Positions 26,194 through 36,152 of a stretch of DNA of 64,000 nucleotides are shown here, one piece after another. The notes beneath the pieces were generated by a model that was given only the letters and a program-made list of their open reading frames with translations, was not told the DNA's origin and did not search any database. The stretch is from Roseibium sp. (lineage in GTDB: Bacteria > Pseudomonadota > Alphaproteobacteria > Rhizobiales > Stappiaceae). The stretch covers positions 5,121,377 to 5,185,376 of the forward strand of contig NZ_OZ244138.1 of the NCBI RefSeq assembly GCF_965216085.1, written 5' to 3'. Every line of letters starts with the position of its first letter. The stretch's first letter is position 1. A program made the translations under genes and the position numbers.

Positions 26194-27720
26194 ATGTCAG
26201 ACAACCCCAAATCGAATGAAACTGAAATCACCCGCGCGGCGAATGAAGACCTATCAAGGGAAGCGGAGATTGTGACAGGGAACGTCAATGCAGCCCTGGC
26301 TCAAATCAACGAGGACCTGGGGAAAGAGGGGGCGGTCGGTGCGTTGGCCCGCGGCAAAATCTTCGAACTCACAAAGCATAGCGAGTGGGCAGCCAGATCT
26401 TACGAACTTGCTTACAGCCTCGATTCTACGAACCTTGAACCGTTGGCGCGCTTGATTGTCGCTCTCATTCACTGCGGAAAATTTCAAGATGCTCTCAACC
26501 ACTCATACCAGCTTACCGCAAAGGACCCGGCTTTTGCGGTCGTTTCATTGTGCCAGGGAGAACTGTACAGTTCGCATACACTTCTTGCGGAGTCACTGCT
26601 GTTAAACGATATGATCGATGAAGCTCGGGCTTCGTTTAACGAAGCACTGAAAATAAATCCTGAGGATTCCCTATCTGCTGGCAGAATGGCCCAGATTAGC
26701 CTCTCGGATGGGGAGATTGAGTCCGCCATCGAACTCGCAGCCAAAACTGGTGATTCTCCTCGGTTTAAGCAGTTGCGAGCAATGGCAACATTGGCTTCGC
26801 GAAACAGCTCAACCGTACCGTTCCTAAAGATTGAGACGATCCAAGAACTTGCTGGAACTGCTTCATCCGCCGTTGGTAGGCCCTTGTCGGTGGATGGCTC
26901 TCGCGTGAGAGCCACGGTGAATACTGAAACGGATTGGGGTGCATCATCAACTCCCGCTTCAAGTCATGCTTTGCCGCGAGACGTCGCCGAGCACTGGGAC
27001 GCTATTGCAATGGAGGAGCATTCATCAATCGCCTCGTTTGCACGGCTACTCCTCGAATTCATGCACTTCGGTGTACCAGCCAGCCTGGTGGACGAAACAA
27101 TTGCCGCAATGGCCGACGAAACCGACCATGCTCGCGATGCGTTAAAGATTTCCAGCCGCCTAAAAGGAGAAAACACAGGAGCGGGCACTCTTGATGTTTC
27201 CAATGTGTTGACGCGAAAGCCAGCTCTGCGGACGTCTGTTAGGGAAGCGCTCTTTGAAGGCTGCATTAGCGAAACGATTGGGGCTCTCGCCGCTCGAAAG
27301 GCAGCGGAAACATGCAAAGACCCGGAAATAAAGAAGACGATGCAAAAGATTTCAAGCGACGAATTGCGGCATGCGGAAGTAGCTTGGCATTTTATTGAGT
27401 GGGGCCTCGAGCTCGAGCCGACGCTAGTCGATGAGTTGACTCGGTTTTTGGAACTTTCGCTGGACGAATTAACGGAAGCGAGCATGTCGAACTGGCCGGC
27501 CAGCGCTAAAGAACCAACGCCTGACTATGGCGCGCTTAATCGTGAACAAATGGCAGAAGTGTCACGCGAAACCTTTTCTGAGTTCTTTTTACCGCGAATA
27601 AAGAAAATAATCTCCGCTGTTGAGCAAAAGAAACAACACTCACCAAATCTCGCATTAGAGCCGAAAAACAATGCCGCTGAACTTATCTCAATTTCTCCTC
27701 AAACGACACTTATCGATTGA
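26194..27720 (+). CDS. TPR-repeat protein fused to a ferritin-like (diiron, ExxH) domain
   Basis: GGAGG RBS upstream. The N-terminal ~230 aa are TPR-like. The C-terminal half has EEHSSIASFARLLLEF, DETDHA, EGCISET and DELRHAEVAWHF, which are paired E/ExxH ligand motifs as in 'ferritin-like domain-containing' proteins. Confidence 0.7.
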   Translation: MSDNPKSNETEITRAANEDLSREAEIVTGNVNAALAQINEDLGKEGAVGALARGKIFELTKHSEWAARSYELAYSLDSTNLEPLARLIVALIHCGKFQDALNHSYQLTAKDPAFAVVSLCQGELYSSHTLLAESLLLNDMIDEARASFNEALKINPEDSLSAGRMAQISLSDGEIESAIELAAKTGDSPRFKQLRAMATLASRNSSTVPFLKIETIQELAGTASSAVGRPLSVDGSRVRATVNTETDWGASSTPASSHALPRDVAEHWDAIAMEEHSSIASFARLLLEFMHFGVPASLVDETIAAMADETDHARDALKISSRLKGENTGAGTLDVSNVLTRKPALRTSVREALFEGCISETIGALAARKAAETCKDPEIKKTMQKISSDELRHAEVAWHFIEWGLELEPTLVDELTRFLELSLDELTEASMSNWPASAKEPTPDYGALNREQMAEVSRETFSEFFLPRIKKIISAVEQKKQHSPNLALEPKNNAAELISISPQTTLID

Positions 27721-28777
27721 TGCGATAACGGAGGGGCTTTGTGCTGCTTTGGGCTTTGAATATGGTGATATCCTGATTGCTGTTGGATCGCTCGCAGAAG
27801 AACTGGGAAACGAGCGATCCGACTTCGACATCATGCTCGTCACCTCACGCACGAACTTCACATTTACCTATCCAAACGTCATCGTGGCCACAATCGCGGA
27901 CATCACAGTTGATATCGCTGTTGTTCAAAATAGTTGGGCAACGCAGACGATAAACAAAATAAAGAGCTTTGGAGATAACTACACTGACCCTCGAAACGCA
28001 GGTGAATTCTCAAGGCAAGAAATACAGTTCCTTCACCGCGTGTGTAACTGTATGGTACTTGCCGGGCACGATTCCGCGAGCCAGTTGAGGGCTCAAATCG
28101 CCTTCTCCCATCTAATTAGACAGCGGTTCTCAAACGCGTTTCACGAACTCAAGTGCTTGGTGGTTGATCTCGTCGGGTTCGAAGAGGAACGGGATTGGCA
28201 GAGTTGCATAATGGTCGCTCAGTTAATCTTAGATTACTCCATTGAATGCTTACTTGCATCATTTCAGTTAACTAATCCAAGCGCTAAGTGGCGAGCGAGA
28301 CTGCTGGGAAAGATCCCGCAAAACTGGGAAGATCGTTTACCTGGAGCGTTCTCAAAAAGGAGCGCTATCACAGTCTATTATGACCTACTGCGTTCACCCA
28401 CAACCATCGATACAGAGAGTGCACAAATTTATTGTAATAAGATCTGCTCGTTTATGCGGAAAGTTTTAGCTTTAGGCAGTTGGCGCACTTCAAACGATAA
28501 AAATGATACTGATCTTCGTTGGTATCGTGGCGAAACAGGTGCATTAGAAACGTTTCCTGTTCTTGATAGTTCGATTTTCTTTTATTATCAGGAAGAAACC
28601 TTCATCGGCTTCAATCTAAGACACAAAGAGCCGTATCTCCACAAGCTCTCTCCCAAGGACGTCGGCTTATTGTGCTACTATGACGGTGGGACGCACGCCG
28701 TCCGTTCAACACCCGCTGTAGCTGAAATGGCCAAGAAATTGGGGATTTTGCAGCCATTGCGAGACGGTCCATCATGA
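27671..28777 (+). CDS. nucleotidyltransferase-fold (Pol-beta superfamily) protein
   Basis: GSLAEELGNERSDFDIMLV is the GS...D.D minimal NTase motif, followed by a helical C-terminal domain. The start is uncertain. ATG 27671 overlaps the upstream gene by 50 nt, and TTG at about 27749 has a GGAGGGG RBS. Confidence 0.6.
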   Translation: MPLNLSQFLLKRHLSIDAITEGLCAALGFEYGDILIAVGSLAEELGNERSDFDIMLVTSRTNFTFTYPNVIVATIADITVDIAVVQNSWATQTINKIKSFGDNYTDPRNAGEFSRQEIQFLHRVCNCMVLAGHDSASQLRAQIAFSHLIRQRFSNAFHELKCLVVDLVGFEEERDWQSCIMVAQLILDYSIECLLASFQLTNPSAKWRARLLGKIPQNWEDRLPGAFSKRSAITVYYDLLRSPTTIDTESAQIYCNKICSFMRKVLALGSWRTSNDKNDTDLRWYRGETGALETFPVLDSSIFFYYQEETFIGFNLRHKEPYLHKLSPKDVGLLCYYDGGTHAVRSTPAVAEMAKKLGILQPLRDGPS

Positions 28778-28789
28778 GAGTGAGGTGAC

Positions 28790-29752
28790 ATGGATAACGT
28801 AGTGGAGGCATTGCTTATTGAAATTGGGGGAACAAACATACGAGCCAAGCTGCAAGGCAAAGACCTAAAGTCTGAGATGGTTATAGCGAAGACCAATTCT
28901 TTCAAATCCCTTTGGCAAGTGATTAACAGATTCAAAAACTTGTTTCGTCTACCAAATAGTCTCAGTAGCGAAATCAATATCAAAGTGGCTGCAGCCGGCT
29001 GCCTTCATAATGGGCGTTTCCTTTCTGACGACATTAAGTGGTTGAATCGAAGCCACGAGGAGTTAGCGGACGAAACTCAGAAACTTGGTTTTCGCTTGCT
29101 ATTCATAATGAACGATATGATTGCTACTTCTAATGGATGGTTAGCTAGGGAAGTAGCTCGAGTTGGTTGTTCAGAAGTATCATGTCCAATAGGTATCGTA
29201 GGCATTGGTACCGGATTTGGTGTCTCATCAATTCATCGCATTTCAGAAACCCAGTTTCTTATCCTAAGCTCAGAGTTGGGTTTTCTCCCAGTCAGTCCTA
29301 GCAAAACGACTCGCATACGAGACGTAGTTTCTGGACGCGCAATAAATGCGGCATCAGTACTCACTAAATCGAGCATAAATGAGCAAACATGCATTGATGG
29401 CAGCATTACAACCGTCGACGACTATTGGCAGGAAAGAAACACTGATCCCGATTTTTTGGATCATTTTCGTTGGTCGGTACTCGCACCTATACTCAGCCAA
29501 AATCTCCAGAAAATAGTAATTGTGGGCGGTGCTGCGTCGATTCTTCGATCTCAAGGAATAATTTCGCCTGAGGACTTAAAGCAGAACTTCTCAAACCGCA
29601 ACATTGGCAGCATACAACCCATGATTAATGACGTAGACGTTTCCTTTGACAGCTCAGAGGACCTTGCTCTGTTTGGTATGACAGAGAGCATTGGCAGAGT
29701 TTCACAGGACTTCTTAGCTACTAAAAATCACTCGCTAGTAGTTGGCTACTGA
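28790..29752 (+). CDS. glucokinase-family (ASKHA) sugar kinase
   Basis: IEIGGTNIRA matches the Glk block DVGGTNARLA, MNDMIAT matches INDFTAV, and GIGTGFGVS matches GAGTGLGVA. A GAGGTG RBS lies upstream. Confidence 0.7.
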   Translation: MDNVVEALLIEIGGTNIRAKLQGKDLKSEMVIAKTNSFKSLWQVINRFKNLFRLPNSLSSEINIKVAAAGCLHNGRFLSDDIKWLNRSHEELADETQKLGFRLLFIMNDMIATSNGWLAREVARVGCSEVSCPIGIVGIGTGFGVSSIHRISETQFLILSSELGFLPVSPSKTTRIRDVVSGRAINAASVLTKSSINEQTCIDGSITTVDDYWQERNTDPDFLDHFRWSVLAPILSQNLQKIVIVGGAASILRSQGIISPEDLKQNFSNRNIGSIQPMINDVDVSFDSSEDLALFGMTESIGRVSQDFLATKNHSLVVGY

Positions 29753-29758
29753 TACGAG

Positions 29759-31240
29759 ATGGGTAGCGCAGCAGTAATGACTGTAAATGCCGGCGGTTCG
29801 TCGGTTAAAGTCCATCTCTTCGGTCGTGGAAAGCTTCCCGAAGCGAGTGCCTCAATTGCACAGATGGACATTTTGAGTCGAAGAGTAACTATTCGATCTG
29901 GAAGCGAAACAATCCGCGAGGAAACGGTTTATGGCACAGAAAGCTGGTCCTGCCACGATCTCGTTTCCGCAGTATGTTCCATCGTCAATTCTCGCCCGGA
30001 TATTAGGCCAGAAGTTATCGCGCACCGGGTGAAGTTTGCGAGAGAAAGGTCTCCGGTATGCGAATTCGATCGGAGAATCTACAACTCAGTTCTCTTAAAT
30101 TCAAATTTGGCTCGATTGCACAACCCGATCACGCTGGAATTGTACAACATTACGGAGAGGGCTTTTCCAGATGCGACGCAGCTCGCAATCTTGGACAGCG
30201 GTATATTCTTTAATGATGGATTGAGCGATAGTTGCCCCCTCCTACCCCAACGAATAAGAAATAGGTATGAACTGCGTTCAACTGGTCATCATGGACTGGC
30301 ATTGGAAGACGTAATCAACTCACTCGACCCACCGGTCGGGCTAAAATCTATATGCGTCCATATTGGTTCTGGCGCAAGCGTTTCTGGGTTCGTTGGGAAA
30401 GAACCGCAATTCAGCAGTATGGTCCACGCTTCTATCGACGGACCAATAATGAACAGTCGATCCGGATCATACTCAGCTGGCGCCGTGCTTAAAATGATGT
30501 CGAAGGGCGCCTCATTACGCACTGTCTCCGATCTTTTACATTCCCATTCAGGTATTTTCGCGCTTGCGAACCAAGAACTAGAAGACAGAACCATGGTGAA
30601 AGATACAATAGCGGACATCTATGATTCGCCATTTAATGTATATATAGCTTCCTTTATTCGTGAGATTGTATCAGCATATTCAGAATTAAGCGGTTGTGAC
30701 GTTATAGTTTTTTCTGGAGGTGTAGCGCGTTCGGGACCAAAAATCGTAAGGATGATTGTAGACTTTCTGAAACACATGGGACTTCGGGTTCCAAACACCG
30801 ATCCAATTCTTCTTCCCTGCAGACTCGACACCAGAAGTGGATGCGTTATCGCAGTTTGTAAGGAGGCGGAAGAGCGAGTGATAGCTGCCAAAGCCAGAAG
30901 CTTCGTTTTTCAAGAGGAAGCAGATTGGTATGAGTGTGATCTAGTTGTGCCCGGGCTGGCACGCGGTCCACTACTAAACTTGAAGACTACTGACAAAAAG
31001 CAGGTTAATGCGATTATCCTCACGGAAAAGTTGACTACTGCGGCAGCTCTTTCTGCCCAGCGTTTTGGAGGATTGATTGCCTTAACGGGTGACGCTCTTG
31101 GACATGGCGCAGCGATTTGCCGAGAGATTGGCCTACCAACGGTAATTTGCAGTAATGAAAGCGTGTTAGAACACTTAGGAAAAGAAGTGTTTCTTGATGC
31201 GACAGAAGGGAGAATAAGACTGTGCTCTCAAAACGAGTAA
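29759..31240 (+). CDS. acetate/butyrate-kinase-like domain fused to a PEP-utilising-enzyme mobile (phosphohistidine swivel) domain
   Basis: AckA-like blocks are present: VNAGGSSVKV, RLHNPITL, ILDSGIFF, GHHGLA, HIGSGASV and VIVFSGGVARSG. The C-terminal ~100 aa read NAIILTEKLTTAAAL...GGLIALTGDALGHGAAICREIGLPTVI, which matches the swivel-domain pattern around the phospho-His. Confidence 0.75.
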   Translation: MGSAAVMTVNAGGSSVKVHLFGRGKLPEASASIAQMDILSRRVTIRSGSETIREETVYGTESWSCHDLVSAVCSIVNSRPDIRPEVIAHRVKFARERSPVCEFDRRIYNSVLLNSNLARLHNPITLELYNITERAFPDATQLAILDSGIFFNDGLSDSCPLLPQRIRNRYELRSTGHHGLALEDVINSLDPPVGLKSICVHIGSGASVSGFVGKEPQFSSMVHASIDGPIMNSRSGSYSAGAVLKMMSKGASLRTVSDLLHSHSGIFALANQELEDRTMVKDTIADIYDSPFNVYIASFIREIVSAYSELSGCDVIVFSGGVARSGPKIVRMIVDFLKHMGLRVPNTDPILLPCRLDTRSGCVIAVCKEAEERVIAAKARSFVFQEEADWYECDLVVPGLARGPLLNLKTTDKKQVNAIILTEKLTTAAALSAQRFGGLIALTGDALGHGAAICREIGLPTVICSNESVLEHLGKEVFLDATEGRIRLCSQNE

Positions 31241-32091
31241 AAGAGCAAATTCTTTATTGCAACCGTCCGCAATACACTCTTTCAGTTTTGCAATCTGACC
31301 TCACCCGGCGATCATTCGACAACGCAGGCGAACAAATTCTTGGGCGGAAAGCGTTTATTCACACAGATGAAACCGGTCTCGTATGGCTACCCAAAGATCT
31401 TCTCGCCCCACAGCTGGTCGATTTCTTCATTAAGAATCCATCAAAGTTCTACAGTGCTGTCGAGTCCAGGATGATTGAGTATTGCCGGACGAGTGAATTG
31501 GTGCGAGCGGCCGAAATTTCTCGCAATACAAGTGTCACAGCACAAATGAAAGCGCTAAGAGGTCTTGCATACGCATATATTGGTTTGCTCAAGTATGTGA
31601 TTATTGGAAATCTACTGATCGAAGAAGTGATCGGTCGCTTTCAGCAACTATTAGCGGAGTTCGTTCCGAACGAGCTGGCGGTTCAACACCTTGACTCCCT
31701 GTTACGCTGTGACGCGGTAGCAAGAGCTATAGATTTGCAATTTTTTGAAGACATTCGAGGAACAAAGCGTATAGAGGATGTTACCTCTGCTCCAGTTCAT
31801 ATTTTTGGCGATACTCGTATTGTTCACTCTGTTCCTACCGACGACAACGTCAACAGCTTTCTATTGCAAGCTAAAGGCTGTATTTCACGCTACGCACCAC
31901 TTCGATTTATCGTCCCTGTTGTCTACCAGATGGCAGAGGAATGGAGATACGCGGATTATTCTTTAAGAACGCATTTACGCTATTATCTCGATTCGCTTCA
32001 GGCTCAACTTGGAATTCAAAAAAACCTCTACGCCATGACGTTTAGTGAATTAGAGGCGGAGTTCATTACGTATGAATGCAGAGCCAACTAG
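31222..32091 (+). CDS. hypothetical helical protein (possibly related to the linker or substrate region of PEP-synthase/rifampin-phosphotransferase-type enzymes)
   Basis: 289-aa ORF with a GTG start overlapping the upstream gene by 19 nt. Only weak resemblance was noted (the C-terminal ..NLYAMTFSELEAEF is like the D.F.LT..EL block). Confidence 0.45.
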   Translation: MLSKRVKEQILYCNRPQYTLSVLQSDLTRRSFDNAGEQILGRKAFIHTDETGLVWLPKDLLAPQLVDFFIKNPSKFYSAVESRMIEYCRTSELVRAAEISRNTSVTAQMKALRGLAYAYIGLLKYVIIGNLLIEEVIGRFQQLLAEFVPNELAVQHLDSLLRCDAVARAIDLQFFEDIRGTKRIEDVTSAPVHIFGDTRIVHSVPTDDNVNSFLLQAKGCISRYAPLRFIVPVVYQMAEEWRYADYSLRTHLRYYLDSLQAQLGIQKNLYAMTFSELEAEFITYECRAN

Positions 32092-32184
32092 TGGCGCGAG
32101 ATGTGGCCAACCACCAGTTTTTCGGAGTGCTCTGAGCCGGAAGTTTCATCGGAGCGGGTCAGCTCCTTTTAGACAAAACTAGTC

Positions 32185-33429
32185 TTACCAGTTTTCAGCT
32201 CGCAAAACGTGAGGTTCAAGCCAACGATCATTTGTGCTGTTCAAATAATAGTCGAGGTCGATATGGTGCGCCTGTAACATGTTGTGTAAAAACATCGTAG
32301 GTACCGTAACAGGAAATCTACCATATTTTGAATGCATATATGTTGCAATTCCTTTGACCACTTCAGTCTGTGCTTCACTTAGACCGAAGCCGGACGTAGT
32401 GATATTATCGTAGTCTTTTCGGAGATGTCCTTCACGCTGAAGGTGAGCTTCAATGAACGCTTTCTTGTTATTTAAAAGGCTGTCAAACGCACAATCCATT
32501 TCCTCGTAGTATGGAGGGCAGTATCCTTCGAGTATGCCATCTAATCCAACAATGTTTGGAGTCGAGTTTCCGGAATGTTTCATCGAACGAAACCCGAGCC
32601 CATTCTTTCGACCACGCCGACTTCCGCAAAGCACTCCGGCACTGTCAAAACCGGAGAACATCCAACCGCCAAGCCCCATTGCTTGTAAAACCAACATACC
32701 ATTGTGGCAGGCGATTGCCATCTCTGAAGCCGCAAGCGTTAGTGCGTTCCTCTCAATCGCGCTAACTGGCATTGCGCGCTGTAGATCCAACTTAACCTCG
32801 AGGTCGTGTATGTTTGGCAGCCGCTGCTGTGCAATATCGTCGACGACTGTCCCTCCATTCACAACGAGGAGGGCGATCATTTCTAAAACAATTTGCGACA
32901 TGTCACAAACTGGAAGTATCAACAAGCTACCTTCCACGTTTGCATATTTCAAATTGTGCGCTGAAATATACTCGGGCGCTATTCGGAGACGATTGCTCGT
33001 TAACTTGGTTGTAAATCCAGCGAGATCAATATTTGGCCCATTTACTTCTTCCACAGTATCTGGAAGTGGAGCTTCAACTGACCTCGATAGCACGTGTACC
33101 CCGGTGTCGTCGGTGAAGAAGAATGTGGTCGGATACCACCCACCTGCTGAAGGGTAGGTACGACCCATTAAATCTGAAGGTATGTGCTCAGCTTTTAAAG
33201 GATAGTCGGGATTCATTTCAACGAAATGAATCCACGAGGTCGATCCAGCAACGCAAGACAAAACGATTTTTGTCTCAAACGCGGTCAAGGCATCGTCGTT
33301 CGTTCCTCTTTGATCACCAGACCGTCCTGAGTTGGCCTGAATTCCCCGCGAAACTCTACGAGACCTTCGCCCTGATAAAGCGAGCATCAAAGGGTAACTT
33401 AAAAAACTCGAGAACCCTTTCTTCAACAC
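32185..33429 (-). CDS. nitroreductase-superfamily (SagB/ThcOx-like) protein
   Basis: LSGRRSRRV near the N-terminus, YPSAGGWYPTTFFF (the PSAGxxYP motif) and LQAMGLGGW are all typical of the nitroreductase/SagB fold. An AGAGGAG RBS precedes the GTG start. Confidence 0.55.
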   Translation of the reverse strand: MLKKGFSSFLSYPLMLALSGRRSRRVSRGIQANSGRSGDQRGTNDDALTAFETKIVLSCVAGSTSWIHFVEMNPDYPLKAEHIPSDLMGRTYPSAGGWYPTTFFFTDDTGVHVLSRSVEAPLPDTVEEVNGPNIDLAGFTTKLTSNRLRIAPEYISAHNLKYANVEGSLLILPVCDMSQIVLEMIALLVVNGGTVVDDIAQQRLPNIHDLEVKLDLQRAMPVSAIERNALTLAASEMAIACHNGMLVLQAMGLGGWMFSGFDSAGVLCGSRRGRKNGLGFRSMKHSGNSTPNIVGLDGILEGYCPPYYEEMDCAFDSLLNNKKAFIEAHLQREGHLRKDYDNITTSGFGLSEAQTEVVKGIATYMHSKYGRFPVTVPTMFLHNMLQAHHIDLDYYLNSTNDRWLEPHVLRAENW

Positions 33430-33502
33430 TTAGCTCCTCTTTTTGTACAGATCGTTTATGCATTCACTAAGGCAATTTCGCAGACCTCTTTGATCGCCAA
33501 AA

Positions 33503-34636
33503 CTAAACAATGAAAGGGTCTGCTCGCGACTTCGCTAGAAACTCAGTCCGCGACGCGTCGTCAATTCGATCAATCGGTAAAGCAACTCGTTCATCAATCT
33601 CAATACCACTATCTAAAACTGACTTTGTCTTACTCGGACTCATTGAATACCACTTTCTAATTTCTTTAACCCCGAGCCAATGAAGGACGTCTATTGCTAA
33701 ACTGTGTTCTCTGCAATCCGAACAATCTGAAATAGCGCCCGTCCATTCAAAATATCGATCTTCGCTGTCTTTGAGACCAGATGACATGCGTAAGTTGTAT
33801 ACTAAGTACTTTATTACTTCACCGAGAGCCCGCCCCTCGTTTCTGAAATACGCAATGATTCCAATGCCGCCGGACTGAGAAAATTTTATACACTCCTCGA
33901 CAGAAAACAGAAGATAAGGACGACAAGAACAAAAATCGGACCCAAATACGTCCGAAGAAGTGCACTCATCATGAATACGACAAGCAACTCCGCGATCTAT
34001 TTTCGATTTAGATTCAATATTTCCGAAAATATATAGACTAATATTACCAACTGGCGGAAGAAAAACATTAACTTCCGGATTATCTTTGAGCGCGGGGGAA
34101 AATAATGAAAGTTCTTCTCTGAGCTCCTGCACTTCGAGGCCCAACCGGGCTGCCACTCCAGGTAAGTACCAAACCTGCTCAATCGCTATTTTAGTCACCT
34201 TCGCATGACCCGTTTTGCTAAGTATCAATTCGTCTGCACTGAGTAAACCTCGCTCTATCGCTATGCGAACTTCTGGAAACCAAACTACGCCCCGAGTAAT
34301 AGCAATTGTTGGTCTATGGTAATGGTCTGACGGATAGGTTCTTCCAAATTTGTCTATTGACAAATGGCCCCAGGGATCGAAAGACACGATAGTGTTATTG
34401 CGGCACCATTGCGGAAACGGACCAATTTGAACTCGAGGTTCCGTCCCTTGGAAATCTGGACGAAAGCCTAGTTTCTTTGTTTGGCCCCGACGAGCAATTG
34501 TCTGAAAAACCGCATGAGGCCCGCCGTATTGCCCAATTGCGTTGTAATCCGTATTAGGGAACAGTATTATCGGTCCCCTTTCAACTGCTGTGGGCGCGTT
34601 CCAATTAAGTTCACCCGGGGTTCGACCCTGCCTCAA
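33503..34636 (-). CDS. GTP cyclohydrolase II-like enzyme with a ~200-aa N-terminal extension
   Basis: VACRIHDECTSSDVFGSDFCSCRPYL parallels the RibA zinc/GTP block VRVHSECLTGDvFGS.RCDCG.QL. GIGIIAYFRNEGRALGEVIKY parallels GvllYLRQEGRGIGL.NK. The TTG start overlaps the Rieske stop (TTGA). Confidence 0.75.
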   Translation of the reverse strand: MRQGRTPGELNWNAPTAVERGPIILFPNTDYNAIGQYGGPHAVFQTIARRGQTKKLGFRPDFQGTEPRVQIGPFPQWCRNNTIVSFDPWGHLSIDKFGRTYPSDHYHRPTIAITRGVVWFPEVRIAIERGLLSADELILSKTGHAKVTKIAIEQVWYLPGVAARLGLEVQELREELSLFSPALKDNPEVNVFLPPVGNISLYIFGNIESKSKIDRGVACRIHDECTSSDVFGSDFCSCRPYLLFSVEECIKFSQSGGIGIIAYFRNEGRALGEVIKYLVYNLRMSSGLKDSEDRYFEWTGAISDCSDCREHSLAIDVLHWLGVKEIRKWYSMSPSKTKSVLDSGIEIDERVALPIDRIDDASRTEFLAKSRADPFIV

Positions 34637-34932
34637 TTTTCAACCTCATTCGATTGATCCTCAGCTTTGTTATCGCAGATAGGCTGCGGAATTAGACGAA
34701 GCGTCGTCGGACGGGCGATTAATTGTTCAACATGAAAAATCTTATGATGCATAGGGCATTCAATCCTATCACCGGTTAAATACAACCCGTGCTTAAGCGA
34801 CCCCGAACGATGGGGGCAAGCATTTTCAACCAAAAATAAATCTCCGTTATAGCACAAAATCACGTATTCAATATCTCCTTGGACTATCCGCGGTAATGAG
34901 TTTCCTAACCAATTCGACGAGAGGGTATTCAC
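34633..34932 (-). CDS. small Rieske [2Fe-2S] protein (NirD-like size)
   Basis: CPHRSG...(x17)...CPMHH is the Rieske CxH...CxxH motif. GTG 34932 overlaps the upstream stop (GTGA) and is preferred. The longest ORF starts at 34974. Confidence 0.75.
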   Translation of the reverse strand: MNTLSSNWLGNSLPRIVQGDIEYVILCYNGDLFLVENACPHRSGSLKHGLYLTGDRIECPMHHKIFHVEQLIARPTTLRLIPQPICDNKAEDQSNEVEN

Positions 34933-36152
34933 TGTCTCGTTTCCCGTCCTAAAGTGCCCGGAGGAAACTGACAAAAGTCCGACGGATCTCGGAGAGCTCC
35001 AATTCCACCAACTTGCAAACTACAAGCGTTACAAGACTGAATAGTCTGTGCCATCATGCTTGGCGTAAAACAATTTTCACTTGCAGAAATACTTTCATCC
35101 AATCCGTAGCTCACTGCTCCACTATCCGCTAATATATTAAAAACCTTACTCACATTGAGCAACTGATTACCAAACTCTTTAAACGTCTGTTGAGTGGCTG
35201 ATATTCCCGCCATAATGTCTATCTCTGCCTGCCTTCCAAATTTTTCAGCCAGTGGGATTGCCACCTCATCCAAAACCATCGACGAATGATGAATATCGAT
35301 GTGCGCATGTTCTGCGAAGTAAGTCGAATCAACTTCTGGATGGTGTCTCTTCAAATACAAATAATTCTGTTTCGTAGACTTCTGATAGGAACTTTCTGCA
35401 TAAATTAAGAAGCCAAGCTGAAGAAAAAAGTTTCGCGGGTTCTGGAATAAGTGGTGAATAAAATTATGCAATTTAAAGGTGTTAATATCGAATAAATACC
35501 AATAATGATTGTAATTCGTACTCAAGTGGAATCCCTCGAGCGTTGAACGGAAGAGCGAGCTGTGTTTCTTTTCAAAGGAGCCGTACCCGAATTCGTCGAT
35601 TAACACGCGAAAAAGAACTGATTGGGCTGGGCCATAGTCGCCCACAACTCCCAAGGCCGAAGCCGATGCTTCAGCAAGCAGATCGCTTGATGATTGGAGC
35701 AGAAAATTACGATAGTAATCCTTGCGTCTTTCATTATTTTCAAGAAATGTAATGAATTCATTCTCTGCGTTCATATCGAGTTCCGAACTCACATCCGACA
35801 AGAACTCCAAAAAACTCAACCGCTCAACGAGCTCGTAAGCAGTTCCGATTTCAGGTGTTATCAGTTTCTTCTCTATTGATGACTGCAAGTTAGAAAAGCC
35901 GCATCGTTCCCTCAGATCGTGATAGGCGTTAAATTCTTCCATACTTGTTTCCTGCACCTTTGGAAGTAAGACGTAGCGTCCTTGGTAACATCGAAAAAGT
36001 ACTTGATGCAGAACAAGGTGATAAAGCTCTATATTGTCGGATTGCTCTGACGGAATTGAATCAATTCGTAAGTCATATTCAGGCAAAACGGTTTGACCGG
36101 AGTGTCGAGAAATCAGTTTACTGATCGTGTCAATTTCTTTTTTGAACTTCAT
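34929..36152 (-). CDS. haem-oxygenase-like fold 'iron-containing redox enzyme' family protein (HDO-like)
   Basis: 407-aa all-helical protein. The block TYFAEHAHIDIHHSSMVLDE, together with upstream E/H-rich helices, is typical of the PF14518-type / CADD/PqqC-like diiron family. The assignment is by eye only. Confidence 0.55.
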   Translation of the reverse strand: MKFKKEIDTISKLISRHSGQTVLPEYDLRIDSIPSEQSDNIELYHLVLHQVLFRCYQGRYVLLPKVQETSMEEFNAYHDLRERCGFSNLQSSIEKKLITPEIGTAYELVERLSFLEFLSDVSSELDMNAENEFITFLENNERRKDYYRNFLLQSSSDLLAEASASALGVVGDYGPAQSVLFRVLIDEFGYGSFEKKHSSLFRSTLEGFHLSTNYNHYWYLFDINTFKLHNFIHHLFQNPRNFFLQLGFLIYAESSYQKSTKQNYLYLKRHHPEVDSTYFAEHAHIDIHHSSMVLDEVAIPLAEKFGRQAEIDIMAGISATQQTFKEFGNQLLNVSKVFNILADSGAVSYGLDESISASENCFTPSMMAQTIQSCNACSLQVGGIGALRDPSDFCQFPPGTLGRETRQ

